Shown here: one piece after another, positions 59,462 to 64,000 of the stretch
Numbering within the stretch: position 1 is the first letter of the stretch
Layout: every line of letters begins with the position of its first letter
Source of the DNA: Candidatus Nanopelagicales bacterium
GTDB taxonomy: Bacteria; Actinomycetota; Actinomycetes; S36-B12
Assembly: GCA_017857705.1 (NCBI GenBank)
Contig: JAFMCP010000001.1
Coordinates: 19,773 to 83,772, forward strand
Length of the DNA: 64,000 bases
Direction of reading: 5' to 3'
Translations under genes and position numbers: made by a program
The notes under the pieces: generated by a model
Seen by the model: the letters and a program-made list of their open reading frames with translations, nothing else
Databases searched by the model: none
Told to the model about the DNA's origin: nothing

Positions 59462-59492
59462 GCCCGAGTCAAGCCTGTCGGCTTGTTCGGGC
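59462..59492 (-). terminator. GC-rich hairpin between the secreted-protein gene and sigA (candidate terminator or sigA 5'-leader structure)
   Basis: The minus strand reads GCCCGAACAAGCC-GACA-GGCTTGACTCGGGC, giving 6 + 6 bp separated by a small internal loop. It is followed by CTTGTTAT, only a weak U-tract. Confidence 0.35.
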
Positions 59493-59512
59493 GCTCTATC
59501 TTGACATGCCGG

Positions 59513-60343
59513 TCAGCAAGACCCCTCGCCGGGGCAGCGTAAACGTGCCTTCGCCTGGCCAATGGTGACATGGATTGAACTTCCCTGAATCAGTTCACCC
59601 TCGATGGGCACGGAATCGAGTGAATCAATCCTGAAAGCACCATTCCATCGGGTGGTAAGGCTGATTACTTTGCGCCCAGGGGTTGGGAATGTGTGTGAAA
59701 TATCTAGGTTGGGATAGGACCCACCCGCCTTGCGGCTGAAAAAAGGTGACCCGTCGAAATCCCATGTCCACGATGGTGTGGTTGATATAGCTACGTCAAA
59801 TCCGGCAATGGGGATTTGCCACATGACCACTTTCGAACTCTGACCAGACTCGCAGATCAATGGCAAGTTCGTTATTGCACCATGATTGGGCCAACAGAGC
59901 ACCGCTTGCTCTGGGACATAGCGAGCGAAGGACTCAGACATGGCGCGTTCGAGATCAGCAACGGTAGTGACCTCGTAATTCGTTAAACAGATGCGATCGA
60001 CTTCTTGCCAGTCACCATATACAGGTTTGAACCACACCCGCATGTGGTCGATCAATCCCGGACAGGCCCGAATACCTGCATCACAGTAATTCTCGGGTCC
60101 CGGTACACATGCGACCGTCAGCTTCCAGGCACACCCTCGGCAGCCAATAACTTCATTTCGGGTGCTGCTGTCCACCGTGTCAGGGAGGACCAGTCCTCCA
60201 CTCCCTTCGTAGCGCACCTGCTCTGGATTAGCGAAAACGTCGGGATTCGCCATACTTTGTGGAGCGGAAGAACCTACACACGACACACCTAGTGCGCCAA
60301 TACTCACAGCAAGAACTAAAGCCAAACGATGTTTGAATTTCAC
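59513..60343 (-). CDS. Secreted cysteine-rich protein with a PKD-like C-terminal motif, function unknown
   Basis: 276-aa ORF with a signal peptide ([28 protein letters not shown]) and 14 Cys residues by my hand count. The segment [11 protein letters not shown]...[16 protein letters not shown] resembles the PKD WDFGDG...HxY pattern. Confidence 0.6.
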   Translation of the reverse strand: MKFKHRLALVLAVSIGALGVSCVGSSAPQSMANPDVFANPEQVRYEGSGGLVLPDTVDSSTRNEVIGCRGCAWKLTVACVPGPENYCDAGIRACPGLIDHMRVWFKPVYGDWQEVDRICLTNYEVTTVADLERAMSESFARYVPEQAVLCWPNHGAITNLPLICESGQSSKVVMWQIPIAGFDVAISTTPSWTWDFDGSPFFSRKAGGSYPNLDISHTFPTPGRKVISLTTRWNGAFRIDSLDSVPIEGELIQGSSIHVTIGQAKARLRCPGEGSC

Positions 60344-60429
60344 TTCTCGATTGTTGTTCGGAATGCATCAGGGTTCAAGCCCACGACATAAACCTGTGGA
60401 CAACAACTTTTTTTGTGAACATCAACTTT

Positions 60430-61602
60430 TTATTGCGTGGAAGTTGACTCCTCCACCCGATTCAACGCATGGCCCACAAATTGGGCAACCTGTTCTTCTT
60501 CTACCAGAAAACCGTCGTGGCCAAATGGCGAGATTAAGAGGTGCAGTCCGTCTGCACCGGGGCTGGAGTCAACAATTTCTTGCTGAAGTCTCAATGGAAA
60601 AAGACGATCGGAGTCAATGCCGACAACCGTGAGTGGTGCATTAATGCTATTGAGTGCATTGACAACTCCTCCCCGACCCTCGCCAAGGTCGAACAGGGTC
60701 ATGGCTCTCGTTAAAGCTATATATGTGTTGGCATCAAATCTACGAGCAAGTTTGTCAGCATGGTGATTCAGATAGGACTCAACCGCAAACAATCCCCCCT
60801 TAGAAGGCACCGCTGTCCCCTGAGGATTACGTCCAAAACGCAGATCAAGTTCACTTTCGCTCCGATAACTCAGATGGGCAATGCGGCGCGCTAGCCCCAT
60901 CCCTGCAACCGGCCCTACTGCTGAGTCGTAGTAATCCCCATTATTAAAGTGTGGATCCAATTCAATTGCTGAAATTTGGGTCGCATGAATACCTATTTCT
61001 TCCGCGCTTACAGCTGCCGTTGACCCTAATACGAGTCCGCCCCGAACCGCTTCGGGGTAACGCACCATCCACTCCAAAACTCGCATTCCGCCTAGTGATG
61101 GACCAAGCATTAATGCGAAGGACTCAATCTCAAGGAACCTCATGAGCTCGTATTCAACCCGCACCATGTCGGCAATGGTTATTACTGGGAACCGCGAACC
61201 CCATGCTTTGCCATCGGGGGCGGTACTCGAGGGCCCGGTCGTACCCTGGCATCCCCCTAATACGTTGGCGCACACAACAAAATACTTGTCAGTGTCAATC
61301 GGAGCACCTGGACCCACCAGAGAATTCCACCAGCCACCGGTTGCGTGCCCGGCACCCGCCTCGCCGGTTACGTGCGAGTCACCGGTAAGTGCATGTGCAA
61401 CGTAAATAGCGTTACTTGCGTCTTCGTTAAGAGCTCCCCAAGTCTGATAGGCAACGCTAACTTGTTCAAATGTAAAACCGGAGTCGGTGGCGAAAGGACC
61501 GAAGTCGAAAAAAAGCCGTTCACCGTGCGGGAATCCCTCCCGCCAGGCAGCGCTGGCGGGAGGTTTTCCTTGATAACTTAATGCTCCATATTCGGTGTGC
61601 AT
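60430..61602 (-). CDS. metX: Homoserine O-acetyltransferase
   Basis: 390-aa ORF with an alpha/beta hydrolase fold and the MetX signatures (ALTGDSHV, GPSLGGM). It abuts the metY stop with zero spacer. Confidence 0.92.
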   Translation of the reverse strand: MHTEYGALSYQGKPPASAAWREGFPHGERLFFDFGPFATDSGFTFEQVSVAYQTWGALNEDASNAIYVAHALTGDSHVTGEAGAGHATGGWWNSLVGPGAPIDTDKYFVVCANVLGGCQGTTGPSSTAPDGKAWGSRFPVITIADMVRVEYELMRFLEIESFALMLGPSLGGMRVLEWMVRYPEAVRGGLVLGSTAAVSAEEIGIHATQISAIELDPHFNNGDYYDSAVGPVAGMGLARRIAHLSYRSESELDLRFGRNPQGTAVPSKGGLFAVESYLNHHADKLARRFDANTYIALTRAMTLFDLGEGRGGVVNALNSINAPLTVVGIDSDRLFPLRLQQEIVDSSPGADGLHLLISPFGHDGFLVEEEQVAQFVGHALNRVEESTSTQ

Positions 61603-62916
61603 TTAGTTCTTAGCCGCGGCAAATCCGACTTCGAGGTCGGACAGGATGTCGGATAACCCTTCTAGGCCAACCGCCAAACGAACGAGGCCTGGTGTGACTC
61701 CGCCAGCAAGTTGTTCTTCCGGGGTCAACTGCGAATGTGTTGTAGAAGCCGGATGGATGACCAGACTGCGCACATCTCCGATGTTGGCAACGTGACTGTG
61801 CAGCACTAGACCTTCAACAAACTTCTTACCTGCCTCGACTCCCCCTTCAATCTCGAAACTGAGAACACCACCAGTCCCCTTAGGCGCATATTTTTGACCA
61901 TGTGAATACCACGGGCTTGAGGGCAGGCCTGCATAGTTGACCGAAAGAACCTCAGATCGCTTCTCCAACCATTGCGCGACAGCCAATGCGCTCTCTGTGT
62001 GCCGTTGGACCCGCAGTGAGAGCGTTTCGATTCCTTGCGCAATGAGGAAGGCATTAAATGGTGATACAGCTGCACCGATATCACGGAGTAGTTGGACCCG
62101 AGCCTTAAGGATGAATGCCAAGTTGACTCCGAATGCCCCGCCCACGCCAAGGTCGCGCGCGTAAACCAGACCGTGATAGCTGGGGTCGGGTTGATTGTAA
62201 TTAGGGTATCGATCCGGATACAGGGCGTAATCAAAAGTTCCCGCATCAACAATTACACCTGCCACCGCAGTTCCATGACCACCCAAATATTTCGTCGCCG
62301 AGTGAACCACGATGTCGGCGCCGAATTCAATTGGCCTGATGAGGTACGGCGTTGCCACCGTATTGTCAACAATCAGTGGGACTCCAAATTCATGCGCCAC
62401 GGATGCGACGCCCTCGATGTCCAAAACATCATTTCGAGGATTCGACAATGTCTCGCCGTAAAAAGCCTTCGTGTTTGGACGAATTGCCGCTCTCCAGGAA
62501 TCTAAGTCATCGGCATTCTCGACGAAAGAAACTTCGATTCCGAGTTTTGGCAGTGTGTAATGAAACAAGTTGTAGGTTCCGCCGTACAAGCTTGCACTTG
62601 AAACAATGTGGTCCCCAACTTCAGCAATGTTTAAGATTGCCAGCGTTTCCGCCGCTTGACCACTGGCGACGAGTAGCGCACCGACGCCACCTTCAAGGGC
62701 TGCGATGCGATTCTCTACTGCAGCTTGGGTTGGGTTCATTATTCGGGTGTAAATATTCCCGAGTTCCTTAAGCGCAAAAAGGTTTGCTGCATGCTCTGTG
62801 TCTTTAAAAACATATGACGTGGTTTGGTAAATGGGGAGAGCTCTTGCTCCCGTTGCTTCATCTGGGGTTTGTCCAGCGTGAATTTGCTTCGTTTCGAATG
62901 TCCAATTATCGGTCAT
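61603..62916 (-). CDS. metY: O-acetylhomoserine sulfhydrylase (aminocarboxypropyltransferase), PLP-dependent
   Basis: 437-aa ORF with the Cys/Met-metabolism PLP family motif HSATKYLGGHG. A GAAGGAG Shine-Dalgarno sequence lies 6 nt upstream of the ATG at 62916. Confidence 0.92.
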   Translation of the reverse strand: MTDNWTFETKQIHAGQTPDEATGARALPIYQTTSYVFKDTEHAANLFALKELGNIYTRIMNPTQAAVENRIAALEGGVGALLVASGQAAETLAILNIAEVGDHIVSSASLYGGTYNLFHYTLPKLGIEVSFVENADDLDSWRAAIRPNTKAFYGETLSNPRNDVLDIEGVASVAHEFGVPLIVDNTVATPYLIRPIEFGADIVVHSATKYLGGHGTAVAGVIVDAGTFDYALYPDRYPNYNQPDPSYHGLVYARDLGVGGAFGVNLAFILKARVQLLRDIGAAVSPFNAFLIAQGIETLSLRVQRHTESALAVAQWLEKRSEVLSVNYAGLPSSPWYSHGQKYAPKGTGGVLSFEIEGGVEAGKKFVEGLVLHSHVANIGDVRSLVIHPASTTHSQLTPEEQLAGGVTPGLVRLAVGLEGLSDILSDLEVGFAAAKN

Positions 62917-63089
62917 GTCCTACTCCTTCGGGTAATTAGTAAATTAACAAGATGTCGGGCGCCGGGATCTACTTCGAACCTTTGTAAGCGGTATCTGGGT
63001 AGAGCACGAACCCGCTAGCTCAGATGTAGATGCTTGTACAACAACTATGCATGGCAACCTCAATCAGTCTGGGGCCTTGCCTTATGCAA

Positions 63090-63197
63090 GACCCGCGCTT
63101 GCCACAACGAGTGCGGCCAGGTCTCCACCGGGAGCACCCCACCGCGGTTGGAGGGTTGCCGTCTAGCTAGCCGGGGCTTAACGCTGGACTCTTGACC
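63090..63197 (-). promoter_or_regulatory. SAM-IV riboswitch aptamer upstream of metY-metX
   Basis: The minus strand reads GGTCAAGAGTCCAGCGTTAAGCCCCGGCTAGCTAGACGGCAACCCTCCAACCGCGGTGGGGTGCTCCCGGTGGAGACCTGGCCGCACTCGTTGTGGCAAGCGCGGGTC. It contains the invariant SAM-IV core blocks as I remember them (AAGCCCCGGCU, CGGCAACCCUCCAACCGCGGUGGGGUGC, GGCAAGCGCGGGUC), with a compensatory change in the P2-like helix (GUCCAGC/GCUAGAC). Confidence 0.85.
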
Positions 63198-63223
63198 TAG
63201 GCCAAACTATATCGACATGTGGT

Positions 63224-64000
63224 TTACGGCGCTACCTCAAGTCCGCTCAGACACTGATCACGTGTGAGTTCATTGATGCTCTCGAGCCAAAAACTTGGCG
63301 GGAGGGCGTGCTCCAGTGCCGTACGGACCATGATCGCCAACGAGTAACCCGGGAGATCATTTACGGCGCGATTGACACACAGGTTGGCCATTGCACCATT
63401 GCCGTTGAGCCACCAACAAACCGCCGCGCAAGTCGCAATGGACGCACCATGTTTGGCATCCAACTTGGGCAGCAAATCAGTTAATAGACTTGCCACGAGA
63501 CGCCGGTCAAAAACACCATTCGCCATATCCCACAAGATTGAGTCTCGCACCCGAATGTCCCCCATCGCCACTGTGAGCCGAACAATTTCGCCCAGCGCCA
63601 AGGGACCCCCTGCCCGACTCAAACGGTCTTGGACAAAAAGACTTTCCGTGGCCCTCCACGCATTAAGGCTTTCAGGTTTGGGCAGCTGTGGGAACTCGTT
63701 AGCATCGATAAGCAGCGCTGGATTGCTGGCGCACTGTTTCTCGCGATCCAGGCGACTAACCCCCGTATCGGTTAGCGCCACATGTGGTTGGCAATCCCCA
63801 CCACACCCGCTCGAAATTATGTGTTGGCCAACCACAATAAAAGCATCCACGAGCGTGATATTTGCGTGAGCCATTCCTGACCCAACGACCTCTATGACTT
63901 CATGAACGCGCGGGTTCACATTGTCAAGACATATAACAATCACAGCCTCTTCGGCGAAGTAAGTTTGTCCCGGTTCAAGGTAAATCTCCACATCAGACTG
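63224..64000 (-). CDS. Hypothetical protein, possibly DUF4192 family (may continue past right edge)
   Basis: The ORF is open to the window end, and the GTG at 63991 is one possible start. The C-terminal pattern CWWLNGNGAMANLCVNRAVNDLPGYSLAIMVRTALEHALPP resembles the DUF4192 C-terminus as I recall it. Confidence 0.45.
   Translation of the reverse strand, partial: QSDVEIYLEPGQTYFAEEAVIVICLDNVNPRVHEVIEVVGSGMAHANITLVDAFIVVGQHIISSGCGGDCQPHVALTDTGVSRLDREKQCASNPALLIDANEFPQLPKPESLNAWRATESLFVQDRLSRAGGPLALGEIVRLTVAMGDIRVRDSILWDMANGVFDRRLVASLLTDLLPKLDAKHGASIATCAAVCWWLNGNGAMANLCVNRAVNDLPGYSLAIMVRTALEHALPPSFWLESINELTRDQCLSGLEVAP

Noticed and set aside
59422-59571. The 50-codon extension of sigA upstream of MAAAAKK, overlapping the 3' end of the secreted-protein gene.
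   Set aside because: The extension ([17 protein letters not shown]...) crosses the stop of the upstream gene and the GC-rich hairpin. Sigma-factor homology and the K/A repeat begin at the ATG at 59421.
60344-60429. A T7 run and a GTTGTT...AACAAC inverted repeat between metX and the secreted-protein gene, considered as a terminator. A GGGTTCAAGCCC string was also considered as a tRNA fragment.
   Set aside because: On the transcribed (minus) strand the A/T run precedes rather than follows the weak hairpin, so it does not fit an intrinsic terminator for metX. The T-loop-like string lacks any flanking tRNA structure.
62950-63045. tRNA-like strings in the metY leader. These include GGTTCGAAG (T-loop-like), CTGGGTAGAGCAC and TAGCTCAGATGTAGA (D-arm-like).
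   Set aside because: I tried to fold both strands into a cloverleaf. The D-stem, T-stem and acceptor pairings all fail, so this is not a tRNA and not a convincing tRNA pseudogene. I left it as unexplained leader sequence in the riboswitch finding.
1-64000. A window-wide look for CRISPR arrays, IS elements or transposases, integrases, prophage genes, reverse transcriptases, restriction-modification systems, toxin-antitoxin pairs or other defence islands.
   Set aside because: I found none. Every ORF above ~100 aa is accounted for by housekeeping or conserved-hypothetical actinobacterial families. I saw no repeat-spacer periodicity or terminal inverted repeats. I could not compute compositional (GC or k-mer) profiles, so subtle foreign DNA cannot be excluded.

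Overview
This is a tightly packed, housekeeping-type chromosomal segment from an actinobacterium. The markers are the mycothiol ligase MshC, the Pup-system genes arc and dop, a PAC2 protein, an F420-type LLM oxidoreductase, SepH, an HrdB-type principal sigma factor and many Actinobacteria-restricted DUF families. Mid-range GC and very short spacers suggest a streamlined genome, but I cannot determine the taxon from the sequence alone. I call about 66 protein genes, one tRNA-Leu(GAG) and one SAM-IV riboswitch. From memory, gene order resembles two conserved mycobacterial neighbourhoods: dop-mpa ... mshC ... uppP, and DUF3000-rnd ... dxs ... trkA ... dut ... suhB ... sigA. Both window edges cut genes (dop on the left, a DUF4192-like gene on the right). 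I found no transposase, integrase, phage gene, CRISPR array, reverse transcriptase, or recognisable defence or toxin-antitoxin module, and no convincing evidence of a novel multi-gene system. The main second-look items follow.

- A SAM-IV riboswitch lies upstream of metY-metX with an atypically long (~170 nt) downstream leader. The leader contains a switch-like alternative hairpin and a Cys-Cys mini-uORF.
- A 24-bp perfect palindrome and a degenerate copy fill the 53-bp spacer upstream of aconitase.
- Two conserved operons of unknown function are present: SCO1664-family/DUF3090/phosphomutase next to mshC, and DUF3710/OB-fold/DUF3159 behind dut.
- The SepH homologue has a conserved HTH that extends upstream of any canonical start codon.
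- A Cys-rich secreted protein is encoded next to sigA.
- Several short perfect or imperfect repeats sit in divergent promoter regions.

Several ORF-track starts appear too long and were trimmed where domain architecture made this clear. All family assignments rest on motif recognition by eye, not on database searches.
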